The position numbers and the translations under genes are program-made. This document shows, one piece after another, positions 50,496-60,570 of a stretch of 64,000 bases of DNA. The notes beneath the pieces are model-generated. The model saw only the letters and a list, made by a program, of their open reading frames with translations. It was not told the origin of the DNA and made no database searches. Origin of the DNA: an uncultured Rhabdochlamydiaceae bacterium (GTDB taxonomy: Bacteria > Chlamydiota > Chlamydiia > Chlamydiales > Rhabdochlamydiaceae); the NCBI GenBank assembly GCA_963712275.1, contig CAVQHD010000001.1, positions 224,001 to 288,000 of the forward strand, given 5' to 3'. How positions within the stretch are numbered: the first letter of the stretch is position 1; the number at the start of each line of letters is the position of its first letter.

Positions 50496-50711
50496 TAGGT
50501 CGTAGGAAATTAGAACGGATATTTGGAACTTTTGTCAACTCGGGCTTATGTCCATTTCTTCACCACCGAGACACAGAGAGGGATGAGATTGCACAGAGGA
50601 TTTTTTTTCTCTGTGCAATCTCATCCCTCTCCGTGTCTCGGTGGTAAAAAAATGGAAATAAGCCGGAGCCAACAAAAGTTTCAAATATCCGTTATTGTTT
50701 CCTGCACCCTG
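50496..50711. mobile_element. Palindromic MITE, copy 2 (ISAs1-like ends)
   Basis: Homologous to 5234-5451; exact 10-bp TSD tattgggtaa (50486-50495, 50712-50721). Confidence 0.88.
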
Positions 50712-50781
50712 TATTGGGTAAGAGTTTGTGTATACAATAAACACAAACTCTTTTAGGATTGCGTTTCAAGAATTATTGTAT

Positions 50782-53700
50782 ATGCGTTTATCTCGAATGA
50801 AAATCTTTTTTTTACGATCTCTTCTAGGGATTGTGCTTTTCCACGGCTCGCTCCTAGCGGAAGAGGACGATGATCTCGTCTCTTTTCGTAAAGGAGTAAA
50901 GGAGGTGCACCTTTTTCCCTCAACGGAAGAGATGCACAATACACCAAGCCTGAGTAGTCTCGATAAGAAGAAAGAATCGTACACGATCAACTTCAACAAT
51001 GTCGCTATCACTGAATATATTCGGTTCGCAAGCAAAATTACAAATTTGAACTTCATTTTTAATGAGGCTGAGGTCAACTTTAACGTCACAATTGTCTCCG
51101 AAGAACCTGTCACTCCTCGTAATATTATCTCGATTTTGATCCAGGTGCTTCGAATCAATGGTTTGATTGTGCTCGAACAGGAGAATAACCTTCTCATTAC
51201 GCGCGTTCGAAATGTCTCCCAGCTTGCCACCGTTGTCGCCTCCGACCTCCCTCCTCAAAGTAGCCGCTCTCCTTTGGTGACTCGAGTTTTTCGCATTAAA
51301 AACGCAAACCTCGATACAGTTGCAACTGTTGTTAAACCAATGCTCTCCGACACTGCCCTTCTGGAAGTCTCTTCTGAAACAAAACAGCTGATCATCACCG
51401 ATATCACCACCAATGTTGATAAAATTTCTTCCCTGCTTGCAGCCCTAGACTCTCCCCACAGCTCCCTTGAAGTCGATGCCTACGTCGCCGAGCATATTGA
51501 ACTTCAAGAGCTCATTCGGCTAACAACTCAAATTGTCTCCCCTTTTTCCGAAGGAAACCCCTTAATCTTTGTTCCACAAGCGAGCACGAGCACAATTTTT
51601 ATTGTCTCCACCCCCTACTTGATTGAACGGGCTTTAACGGTATTTGAAGACCTCGATGCAGGGGTTTCAGAGCGAAAAGAGTTCGGAGCGCGAGGACTCA
51701 CGGTTTTCTTGTATGCGCTGCAGCATAAGAGCGGAAGTGATTTTTTAAACTCTATAGAAGATCTTGGCAAACAGCTCTCTAAGCAAGGGGCATCTCAAAA
51801 ACTGACCGACTGTCTAACAGGAGCAAAGTGGATTAAGGAGACTAACTCAATTCTGTTTTTAGCCGATGATGAAACACTTGTAAAATTAAAAGACCTTCTT
51901 CCAACACTTGACACCTCAGCGCCTCCCTCTTCTCTTCCTTCTCTAAAAAGCAACTTTTTTGTCTATAAAATCCAACTTGCAGATCCCGAGCAGCTCCAAA
52001 ACAGCTTGGACGAGATGGCTGAAGACCTTCAAAAGGCTCCTCAGCCCGACTACAGCTTAATCGACACGCTCACCACCACTAAGTTTATCCCTGAAGCACA
52101 CTCTCTTGTTTTCACAGGAGAAGAGGCCGCTCTTTCTAAACTGCCTAGCATTCTTGCCGTGTTTGACATCGCTTCCTCTGCTTCTCAGTTTTTAATCTTC
52201 AATCCCAAAAACAGGCCTGGGAAAGAACTAAAAGAAGCTTTGGAAGAAATCGTCCATAACCTGAAATCCGCAGGCTATGCAAATTCGACAATGTCGCAGG
52301 CCATCGATACAATGAAATGGACACCGGCGACAAATTCCCTCATTTTTACGGGAGATAATGAAACACTCGCTCGCATTCAAACTTTGCTGACATCCCTTGA
52401 CGAGTCAAAAGAGACTTTTGCTGGAGGGAAGGGCCCTAGCACATTCTATGTTTACCAACTGCAGATGGCGCCTGGAAATGTCGTGATTGAAAATCTTGAG
52501 AGGATTGCGTCCAGTTTAAAAGCTTCTCACATCGCCAATCCTGGCTTAATTAAGACTCTCAATGAGGCAAAATGGATCAAAGAGAACAACTCAATTTTCT
52601 TAACAGGAGCTGGCGCTGACCTGGATCAAGCAAAAGCGTTAATCGCAGAGTTTGATGTGCTGGCGTCTACCCATGGATTTGGTAATAAAACTGCGTTTTT
52701 CATTTATAAACCTATCCATCAAACGCCTCTCCTCTTAGAAGCATCGCTGCAAGATCTCGGGAAAGACCTTGCTGCATCGGGCCTCATGGATAACGACCTC
52801 CTGATGACCATTGACACAATGCGGTATGTCGAATCGACGCAATCGATTTTGTTCACAGGAACCAATGATTCCCTTGAAAAAATGAAAGAGCTGCTAACGA
52901 AAATCGATGTTATCTCACCTACAGAAGCTCAAATTCAGCAGCTGGGGCAATATACCTTCCTCATCTACAAGATCCAATATGTTCCCGCACCTCAGCTAGT
53001 CTTAGCCATCAAAGGATTGACCACCGATCTTGGGCGCAATAACGCCATGACTCCCAGCGAAATTGAATCGATCAACAATCTGAAGTGGATCAAGGAGACA
53101 AACTCCCTCGTCTTTACAGGATCAGCTGAGACTCTTCAAAAAGTTGAACTCCTTGTTAAAAAATTTGACGTCCCAGCCCTTGCTCCTAAAACGACAGGCG
53201 CCGCCCCCTCAAGTTTTGTGGTTTACACTCCCAAGATGCAGCCTGGCGATGAGCTCATTAAAATTTTAGACGAATTCCAACAAAACTTAATGGCCGCAGG
53301 CGTCGAAAATAAAAATCTTTTTGACACCATCTCCAGTTTAAAATGGGTTCCCCGCACCTGCTCTTTGATCATTTCTGGAGATCCCGATTCCATTGCCCGT
53401 GTCGAAGATCTCTTAAGACGGTTTGACGTCGCAACCGCCGGAGGCCCTTCTGATCAAACATCGATTGATACGATTCAGAACACCTCCTTTCTCATCTACA
53501 AACTCCAGTACCATCAAGGCAATGAGATTTTGTCTGCGCTTAAACAAGTCGCAACAGACCTCACCCCAGGAACAGCCGTTGGCAATCAAAATCTTTTAAA
53601 TGCCATCAATTCTTTGCAATGGATCCGCGTGACCAACTCGCTCCTTGCTTCAGGCGAAGCAGACACACTCTCAAAGTTGCGCGATTTAGTTCAGAACTTA

Positions 53701-54705
53701 GATGTTCCTCTAAGGCAAGTTTTTGTTGAGGTTCTCGTCATTGAAACCGAGCTTACCAATACCCAAAACTTTGGACTACAGTGGGGCGGTAAAATGCAAT
53801 ACCTCAACAAGTTCGCCGCCGGAACTGGAAACTTCCCCCTTCCCTCAGCAAACTCCTTTGCAACCACCTCCCCTTCGCCCGTCTCGACAGGGGTTAATCT
53901 CGTCCCTTTCCAGCAAGGGCTTGCTGGCCCTCCACCCTCCGTCAATGCGATTCCCTTTGTCAACGGGTTTGATTTGGGAGTGATCGGTGATATTATCATG
54001 CATAAAGGACGCTCCTTTATCACGCTTGGAAGCCTTGTCAATGCCCTTCAAACCGACACCGATAGCACTATCATTCTAAACCCAAAGATTATCACGCAAG
54101 ACAACCAAACAACGACCATCTTTGTTGGAGATAACATCCCCTTCATCGGCTCTCTTGTCACAACAAACACAACCCTCCTCTCTTCCTCCTCTAACATCGA
54201 GTACCGCGATATCGGCTTTAACCTCACCATCACCCCAACCATCGGCAATAATGATGTTGTCACGCTTGATATCAGCAACGATATCAGCGAAGTGACTAAT
54301 AACGTCAATATCGGATCTGTCAGCGCCAATAATCAATCCAATTCAATCACAGGAATTCAAACAAGCCATACATCCATGTCGACGAAAGTCCACGTCCCCA
54401 ATAAACACTTTGTAGTGTTAAGTGGAATGATCCGAGACACCAAAGCCCGCTTCAAGTCAGCGATCCCTTGCTTAGGGGGCATCCCCGTCCTTGGACTTGC
54501 CTTTCAAGAAAATGATCGCGTAGCAGTCAAACATAATATTTTGATTTTCCTCCGTCCTTTCATCATCAACACCTATGATGAATATAAGGAGATCACTGAC
54601 CACCAAGAAGACGTCTTTAAAAATCAAGCCGTCCTACCTGTTCTCAAAGAGGAATTTGACGCCGGTATCGATATCGTTAAAATGCCTGAAGACGAAGGCG
54701 ATTGA
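50782..54705 (+). CDS. sctC: T3SS secretin CdsC with expanded N-domain repeats
   Basis: Signal peptide, N0 domain, repeated N domains, QVFVEV, IPCLGGIPVLG, IFLRP. Confidence 0.9.
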   Translation: MRLSRMKIFFLRSLLGIVLFHGSLLAEEDDDLVSFRKGVKEVHLFPSTEEMHNTPSLSSLDKKKESYTINFNNVAITEYIRFASKITNLNFIFNEAEVNFNVTIVSEEPVTPRNIISILIQVLRINGLIVLEQENNLLITRVRNVSQLATVVASDLPPQSSRSPLVTRVFRIKNANLDTVATVVKPMLSDTALLEVSSETKQLIITDITTNVDKISSLLAALDSPHSSLEVDAYVAEHIELQELIRLTTQIVSPFSEGNPLIFVPQASTSTIFIVSTPYLIERALTVFEDLDAGVSERKEFGARGLTVFLYALQHKSGSDFLNSIEDLGKQLSKQGASQKLTDCLTGAKWIKETNSILFLADDETLVKLKDLLPTLDTSAPPSSLPSLKSNFFVYKIQLADPEQLQNSLDEMAEDLQKAPQPDYSLIDTLTTTKFIPEAHSLVFTGEEAALSKLPSILAVFDIASSASQFLIFNPKNRPGKELKEALEEIVHNLKSAGYANSTMSQAIDTMKWTPATNSLIFTGDNETLARIQTLLTSLDESKETFAGGKGPSTFYVYQLQMAPGNVVIENLERIASSLKASHIANPGLIKTLNEAKWIKENNSIFLTGAGADLDQAKALIAEFDVLASTHGFGNKTAFFIYKPIHQTPLLLEASLQDLGKDLAASGLMDNDLLMTIDTMRYVESTQSILFTGTNDSLEKMKELLTKIDVISPTEAQIQQLGQYTFLIYKIQYVPAPQLVLAIKGLTTDLGRNNAMTPSEIESINNLKWIKETNSLVFTGSAETLQKVELLVKKFDVPALAPKTTGAAPSSFVVYTPKMQPGDELIKILDEFQQNLMAAGVENKNLFDTISSLKWVPRTCSLIISGDPDSIARVEDLLRRFDVATAGGPSDQTSIDTIQNTSFLIYKLQYHQGNEILSALKQVATDLTPGTAVGNQNLLNAINSLQWIRVTNSLLASGEADTLSKLRDLVQNLDVPLRQVFVEVLVIETELTNTQNFGLQWGGKMQYLNKFAAGTGNFPLPSANSFATTSPSPVSTGVNLVPFQQGLAGPPPSVNAIPFVNGFDLGVIGDIIMHKGRSFITLGSLVNALQTDTDSTIILNPKIITQDNQTTTIFVGDNIPFIGSLVTTNTTLLSSSSNIEYRDIGFNLTITPTIGNNDVVTLDISNDISEVTNNVNIGSVSANNQSNSITGIQTSHTSMSTKVHVPNKHFVVLSGMIRDTKARFKSAIPCLGGIPVLGLAFQENDRVAVKHNILIFLRPFIINTYDEYKEITDHQEDVFKNQAVLPVLKEEFDAGIDIVKMPEDEGD

Positions 54706-54740
54706 GATTAGGTGCCTGATTTGTTATACTCCCGCTTCTT

Positions 54741-55679
54741 ATGCCTTTTCAAAAGACCATTCTTTTTATGCTCATCCTTCTCACGGGATGTCACCGTGTA
54801 GGCGATGAGCTACACCCCCAAATCAATGCAACGATTCAAGACCGGTATTTAAAGTCGCTGCCCTCGCCATTCCCTCCTCTTTCAGAGAAAGAAAAGCAAG
54901 AGGCTTGGAGCGTCGAAGATCGGATTGCCCTTGGCTTTGCCCATGAACTCGATCTTTATCAAGCTATTACTTCTTTTAAAAGAGCCTCGTTTTTGATCCC
55001 TTCTTCCGATCCATCCCGTAAAACACAACTTGATTATGATGTTTTCCTCTCCTATTACCTCGGAGGAAAATTTGCTGAAACCCTCCACACCTTTGAAACC
55101 ACCTCCCTCCGCTTGGCAACGCCTCAGCTGCCTCCCTATCACGACCTTTTAGTCATGCTCTACGACTCCTATCTCCATCTAGATCAACTAGAGCAGGCCG
55201 ATTCCATCATCTATCACATGGCCTCTCAGTACCCAGAGACAGCCCAAAAACTCACTCTCTCTAAGCTCCTTGTCAAAGGAGATATTCCCGCGTTAGAAAA
55301 AGAGGGTGCGGCCCATCCAGAAATCGAAACTCTCCTCACCCGCTACAAACAAGAAAAAAAATCAACCCAAACAGCTCAAACCTTAAATGCCTGCATTCCA
55401 GGTGCAGGGTATCTTTACCTGGGCCAAAATCAGTCGGCAATTACCGCTTTTCTCCTCAACGGCCTTTTCATTTGGGCCTCGGTCTATTTCTTTCAGCACG
55501 GCAACACCGCTGCAGGGGTGATTTTCACAAGCGTTGAAGCAGGCTGGTATTTCGGAGGGATCTATGGAGCAGGGCAAGAAACTAAGTTTTACAATGAGAG
55601 AATTTATGAGAATCACGTCACCTCTCTGATGAACGAACACCGTTATTTTCCCATCCTGGTGTTGAAATATGGGTTTTAA
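54741..55679 (+). CDS. Putative lipoprotein with TPR-like and TM segments
   Basis: LTGC lipobox; IPGAGYLYLG membrane motif. Confidence 0.6.
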   Translation: MPFQKTILFMLILLTGCHRVGDELHPQINATIQDRYLKSLPSPFPPLSEKEKQEAWSVEDRIALGFAHELDLYQAITSFKRASFLIPSSDPSRKTQLDYDVFLSYYLGGKFAETLHTFETTSLRLATPQLPPYHDLLVMLYDSYLHLDQLEQADSIIYHMASQYPETAQKLTLSKLLVKGDIPALEKEGAAHPEIETLLTRYKQEKKSTQTAQTLNACIPGAGYLYLGQNQSAITAFLLNGLFIWASVYFFQHGNTAAGVIFTSVEAGWYFGGIYGAGQETKFYNERIYENHVTSLMNEHRYFPILVLKYGF

Positions 55680-56043
55680 GCTCCTCCTTCTCCTCCCGAT
55701 CCTTGTATCTGCTCTACCCGGATACCACCCTCCCTGGGGCAAAGATGCAGACCTTCAGCTCCACGCGCCGCCACCTCCCCAACCCATCCATTTATCCCCT
55801 CTGGGCGAAGCGATGGCAAAGGTGATTTGGTTTCATCAACATATCCTCTCCCCTGTCGATGGCCCCCGAAGCCATTACAAGCCTTCAAGCTCAAGCTATA
55901 TGCTCCAAGCTATCCAAAAACATGGGTTTTTTAAAGGGTATCTCATGGGGTGTGATCGGCTCCTCCGAGAAAACGACGACCCTTGGGTCTACCGAACCAC
56001 TCTCATTGAGGGGAAGCTTTGGAAAACCGATCCTCCGCCCTAG
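55669..56043 (+). CDS. Membrane protein insertion efficiency factor YidD-like
   Basis: LSP..G....Y.PSSS.Y..QAI.KHG..KG......RLLR. Confidence 0.75.
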   Translation: MGFKLLLLLPILVSALPGYHPPWGKDADLQLHAPPPPQPIHLSPLGEAMAKVIWFHQHILSPVDGPRSHYKPSSSSYMLQAIQKHGFFKGYLMGCDRLLRENDDPWVYRTTLIEGKLWKTDPPP

Positions 56044-56670
56044 GGGAGCGTACCTAATTACGAGTTGCTTTATTGGAGTATTTTTTCTTCTCGAAGTGCT
56101 CATCTTGAGATTTTTTTGCAGCTATAACGCGACTTAGCCTGTCGCACCTGGAATTGCTGCTAAATTACTTTTTACCATCCAAATAATGGATATTTTGGTA
56201 TAATATTCGCTCAATATGAATAAGATATTGCCAACCTTCTCAGTGCCAGGAGCCGTTTATGCAACGATATCGGCTCTTCAGAAGACCAAATTTGAATGGA
56301 TTTCTTGCACTTATGAGATTTTTCAAGCCTATATCATACACAACATACAACCCCCAAATCGGTGGCTTATCGAACAAATCCACCGAGTCCAGGCAATTTT
56401 TAATGTTGTTGACGTAGGGATGATTTGTTGGAGTGGTGCGAAACTCCTTCAAGAAGTTAAAAAGATCTATGGATTTTCCTTTGTTAATCCGCTCGATACA
56501 TCTCAGCTCTTGAGTTATCGCCTCTTGAGCCTAGGCATTCCTGCTATCGGCCTTCCTTTAGCTATCAAAATGCTCTCTACCTTAAATTATCCAATGTCGC
56601 CCTTATATAAGACTAGTAACGATTATCCATTTAATCAAAAGCTTTCGATGCTTTTGTGTACGGCCCGACT

Positions 56671-57985
56671 CAGGGCCTTCTGATGAAAAAGTTTTGACAG
56701 TCGCGTAAAATTTTCTTGGCTATAAATCAAAGTCTTTTGTTTTCATCTCTCCGATATAGGAGAGTGAATATGCCCAGTCGAAAAACCAGAGACCCACGAT
56801 TTTCTGAACTAAAACAAGACATTGATATAGAACAATTTGCAGGCTCCGTCCAAGGAGCTTTCCCAGATACGGATGACCCAAGGCAGCTTTCCAAGATCCA
56901 ATACCCGTTTTGGTTTTTGATGTTGGTCATTCTTAGCGGATATCTCAGTGGAGCTGATACTGTGGCCGATCTTGCCGTCTATGCCGAGCTCAATATTGAA
57001 TGGATCAACAAGTCAGTCAATCGGACTTTCCCAGCGCCCTCCTATGATACACTCTGGTGGCTTCTTGCAAGGTTATCCCCAGGGGTTTTTAAGCAATTGC
57101 TAAAAAAGTGGTTTGCGAACATTCCTCAGCAATTACAAGACCAACTACTTGTCATCGACGGCAAACGTCTGAAGGGGGTCTCTACGACAGACAGTCTCGT
57201 TCACCTTGTCGAGTTATTTGCAGCCGAACAAAGGCTTGTACTGGCCCAGGAAAAAGTGCCAGATAAGTCGTCAGAGCCAAGAGTAATTGATGCTTTGTTG
57301 AAAGACGTAGATGTAAATGGCGCCCTGATCTCGACAGATGCCCTTTTTGCTCATGTTGCAAGTGCACAAAAGTTTTTAAATCATGGAGCTGATTATCTGA
57401 TTGGACTCAAGGGAAACCAGGGGAATTTCCATGCTGAAGCACAGAATTTTTTCGATCAGGCTCGAGAAGCCGAATATGAAGAAGTCGAAGTGGAAAGGTA
57501 TCTTCCTTCTCCAGAAAAAGGTCACGGTAGAATCGAACAACGATCGATATGCGTATGTACAGTATTGGACTGGTTGCCGCAAACGGCAACCTGGCCTGCC
57601 TTAAAGGCCATCGTTGAAGTAGTCTCTGAAAGGGAGATAAATAGTAAAAAGACTTCCGAAATCCGATATTACTTCTCAAGCCGAAAAGGCACCGCAAAGG
57701 AATTTGCAGGATGGACCCGAGGTCATTGGTCAATTGAAAATCCTTTGCATTGGGTCTTGGATGTAATCTTCAAGGAAGACGATGCTCAAGCAAAAGCTGG
57801 GTTCATAGCTGAAAACATGGCTTTTTTTAGGCGTCTTTCTATGAATATAATCAAAGCAATAGACCCCGACCGAGGATTCTCTACTGCTCGAAAATGTTGC
57901 ACTTATGAGCCGAAATATCTCAGAGGAATTTTAGGCAAGATATTTGTGAGGTAATCTGTCAAAACTTTTTCATCAGAAGGCCCTG
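56671..57985 (+). mobile_element. ISAs1-family insertion sequence (1315 bp)
   Basis: Perfect 30-bp TIRs cagggccttctgatgaaaaagttttgacag; exact 10-bp TSD cggcccgact. Confidence 0.96.
56770..57954 (+). CDS. ISAs1-family DDE transposase
   Basis: DPR, IDGK, DA, LKGNQ, HGRIE.R, RGHWSIENPLHWVLDV.F.ED. Confidence 0.93.
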   Translation: MPSRKTRDPRFSELKQDIDIEQFAGSVQGAFPDTDDPRQLSKIQYPFWFLMLVILSGYLSGADTVADLAVYAELNIEWINKSVNRTFPAPSYDTLWWLLARLSPGVFKQLLKKWFANIPQQLQDQLLVIDGKRLKGVSTTDSLVHLVELFAAEQRLVLAQEKVPDKSSEPRVIDALLKDVDVNGALISTDALFAHVASAQKFLNHGADYLIGLKGNQGNFHAEAQNFFDQAREAEYEEVEVERYLPSPEKGHGRIEQRSICVCTVLDWLPQTATWPALKAIVEVVSEREINSKKTSEIRYYFSSRKGTAKEFAGWTRGHWSIENPLHWVLDVIFKEDDAQAKAGFIAENMAFFRRLSMNIIKAIDPDRGFSTARKCCTYEPKYLRGILGKIFVR

Positions 57986-59116
57986 CGGCCCGACTGACTT
58001 TGAATACAGCTTTATATTATTTCTCAGGCAATCCAATTTTAGACAGTTCACTTGTATGTTTAACAGCCATTGCACAAAATTATATATTGCATCAACACAG
58101 AAACAGAGTATGGACAAGAGTTTCCATGCTTTTTCGTGATTCACATAAAAGCGATCTTGCTAAAACGGGCATAGTCAGTTATGTTGTAGACTATTACTCC
58201 TTGCTGTGGCCGTCCACTTCTCATAAAAACAGTTGCTCAATATGTCTAGAACGAAATGATAAACCTAAAACTTCTCTTTGTCTAAACAATACACATGCTC
58301 TTCATTCCTCTTGCTTAATTGATTTAATTGAGAGGAAAATTCACGATATGAAGGTCAATTTTAAGAAACGTTCTGGTCTACATACTGCCAAAATAAATCA
58401 TGATCAATTACCTTCTTGCCCTCTCTGTCGAGAGGTTCCTTTTCATCACTATCTTGAAGTTCGTGGAGCCGATTTTTATCAAGGAACATTCTTCAAGATT
58501 CCTATCACGATCCTTGGAAGAGATCCAAAGCCTTTTCTCTCCCCTGAGCTTTTAGAAAAAATTCACGCAGCTTATAGCCTATTTCAACTAGGGCTCTCTT
58601 GTCTGCAGCATTACCCTGAGCTCTATCCCACAGTAGGAGCTAACATCGCCCGTTTAAAACTGATTTTGTGTCTGGTCGATTTAACTGCAATCGGTTGGAG
58701 CTTTGGAAAAGTTACCAATAAACCGGTTGGAAATTCAAGATGGAGAGATCTATTTTGGGGATTTTTTAACACAACTGTTTCATTAGGATGTGTTCTATGT
58801 CTTAATCAGTACCTCAAACCTTCGATCGACCTAAACCTCTCTATTTCTCCAAAATACCAAGATTGGAAGGTCGAGGCTTCTTGGTTTTCCCCAACAATTT
58901 TTAGTCAGGTCTTTTCCCTTCAGCAGACTGTCATAAGCCTTGCCTCTGCTTATTTTCTTTCAAATCGCAAAGTACATTTAATCACAGCGCTTTTCCAAGC
59001 AGCCCACTTGTTTAATCTCTCAAGCTCAAATGGATAGTAACTATTCTACAAAACAAAAACGGTGATAAAGTTTTTCAATATTATCTCTTTCTTCAGAAAA
59101 AACTTATACCCTTATT

Positions 59117-60472
59117 CTAAGCCTGTGGCTCTTCCTCTCGTATGCCTCCCCCCGTCCCTGCACGGGAGCGGTGCCGCAGGATGAAGACGAGGGGATTGCC
59201 AGTGAAGTGGTAAGTCTCCCGAAACTGATGAATGAGGTACCGTTTGTAGGTCTCTAACATAAGGTGGGGGTAGTTCACAAACAAGACAAAGGTGGGGGGC
59301 TGGGTCTCAATATGGGTCATGTAATAGATTCGAAGCCGCTTCCCCTGGATCATCGGAGGATGGTAGAGCTTAATCGCCCGTTCAATAAACTTGTTTAACT
59401 GCCCCGTCGTTACCCTGTGCTGTTGGTGTTTTCTAACCTCTTGAATCAGGGGGATAATCTTTTCTAAATTGCGGCCTGTTTGAGCTGAGATGAAAACCAC
59501 AGGACAGTGGGTTAGAAAAGCAGCCTCGTGTTTCAAAGATTGCAGGCAATGCTCCATCCGATGCCCTTTAATAAGATCCCACTTGTTGAAGAGAAGAATG
59601 CACCCTTTCCCCGCCTCTTCAATCAGGCTGGCGATCTTTTTATCTTGCGCTGTCAGCCCTTCCTCTCCTTCCAAGACAAGGAGACAGATATCAGACCGTT
59701 CAATAGCCTGCTGTGTGCGAATCGCTGCAAACTTATCGACGACTTCATGCTCGGCCCGTTTACGACGAATGCCTGCCGTATCAATGAGAGTTAACTCAGT
59801 GCCATAAAGGGTCACATCGGCATCGATGGCATCTCTCGTGGTCCCTGCAATCGGGCTCACCACAGACCTCTCTTCTGAAAGTAAAGTGTTGATCAAAGTC
59901 GACTTGCCCACATTCGGGCGGCCGACAATCGTCACTTTAATCCGTGTGGACGGCAGCGCCTCTTCTGTCTTAAGAGAAAGCCCATCTAGAGCCATTTCTA
60001 AAAGCTCTGCAAGGTGCAGCCCGTGCGTAGCAGAGATGGGAACAATCTTTTCAATCCCGAGCCGATAAAAATCGTAGATATCCTCGACATGCGATAGGTC
60101 ATCGACCTTGTTGACCGCAAGCGTGACCGGCTTGCCTTGCTTGAGCAAGAGCTGAGCCACAAAGTCATCGGCAGGCATAACCCCCGCTTGCCCATCGACA
60201 ACCATGACAATCTGATCGGCCTCCTCCAGCGCAAGCCTCACCTGCCGCTGAATCCCCTCTTGAAAAGGGAGCTTTGGATCAAGGGCAATTCCCCCTGTAT
60301 CAATGATTTCAATCGGGCGGCCAAAAAAATCGGCCTCCCCATAGATCCTATCGCGGGTCGTTCCCTCTTCATCATCGACAATCGAAATGCGGCGCCCGCA
60401 GAGCCGGTTAAAGAGGGCCGATTTCCCTACATTGGGGCGACCGACCAGGGCTAATTTCAATTTATTTTTCAC
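59117..60472 (-). CDS. der: Ribosome biogenesis GTPase Der
   Basis: Two GRPNVGKS G-domains plus KH-like C-terminus. Confidence 0.96.
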   Translation of the reverse strand: MKNKLKLALVGRPNVGKSALFNRLCGRRISIVDDEEGTTRDRIYGEADFFGRPIEIIDTGGIALDPKLPFQEGIQRQVRLALEEADQIVMVVDGQAGVMPADDFVAQLLLKQGKPVTLAVNKVDDLSHVEDIYDFYRLGIEKIVPISATHGLHLAELLEMALDGLSLKTEEALPSTRIKVTIVGRPNVGKSTLINTLLSEERSVVSPIAGTTRDAIDADVTLYGTELTLIDTAGIRRKRAEHEVVDKFAAIRTQQAIERSDICLLVLEGEEGLTAQDKKIASLIEEAGKGCILLFNKWDLIKGHRMEHCLQSLKHEAAFLTHCPVVFISAQTGRNLEKIIPLIQEVRKHQQHRVTTGQLNKFIERAIKLYHPPMIQGKRLRIYYMTHIETQPPTFVLFVNYPHLMLETYKRYLIHQFRETYHFTGNPLVFILRHRSRAGTGGGIREEEPQA

Positions 60473-60570
60473 ATCCTAGATTTTACCTGGATCCCTGTTA
60501 ATAGGGAATGATTTAAAATAATTTGTTTATATTTAATTTTAATTTAACAAATGTTATAATTGACGCAACT

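Larger units (their letters stand above)
56216..59037 (+). pseudogene. Membrane RING-finger protein disrupted by ISAs1
   Basis: Removing the IS and one TSD fuses 56216-56670 with 57996-59037 in frame (498 aa); CSIC...C....H..H..C...CPLC. Confidence 0.8.

Noticed and set aside
50523..50756. Small ORFs on both strands (FFTTETQRGMRLHR...)
   Set aside because: Mirror translations of the palindromic MITE; no independent coding evidence
56044..56170. Possible IS end remnant after yidD
   Set aside because: No partner repeat and no recognisable transposase fragment
59117..59180. GC-rich der C-terminal tail resembling the 35144 repeat arms
   Set aside because: Similarity too short and low-complexity
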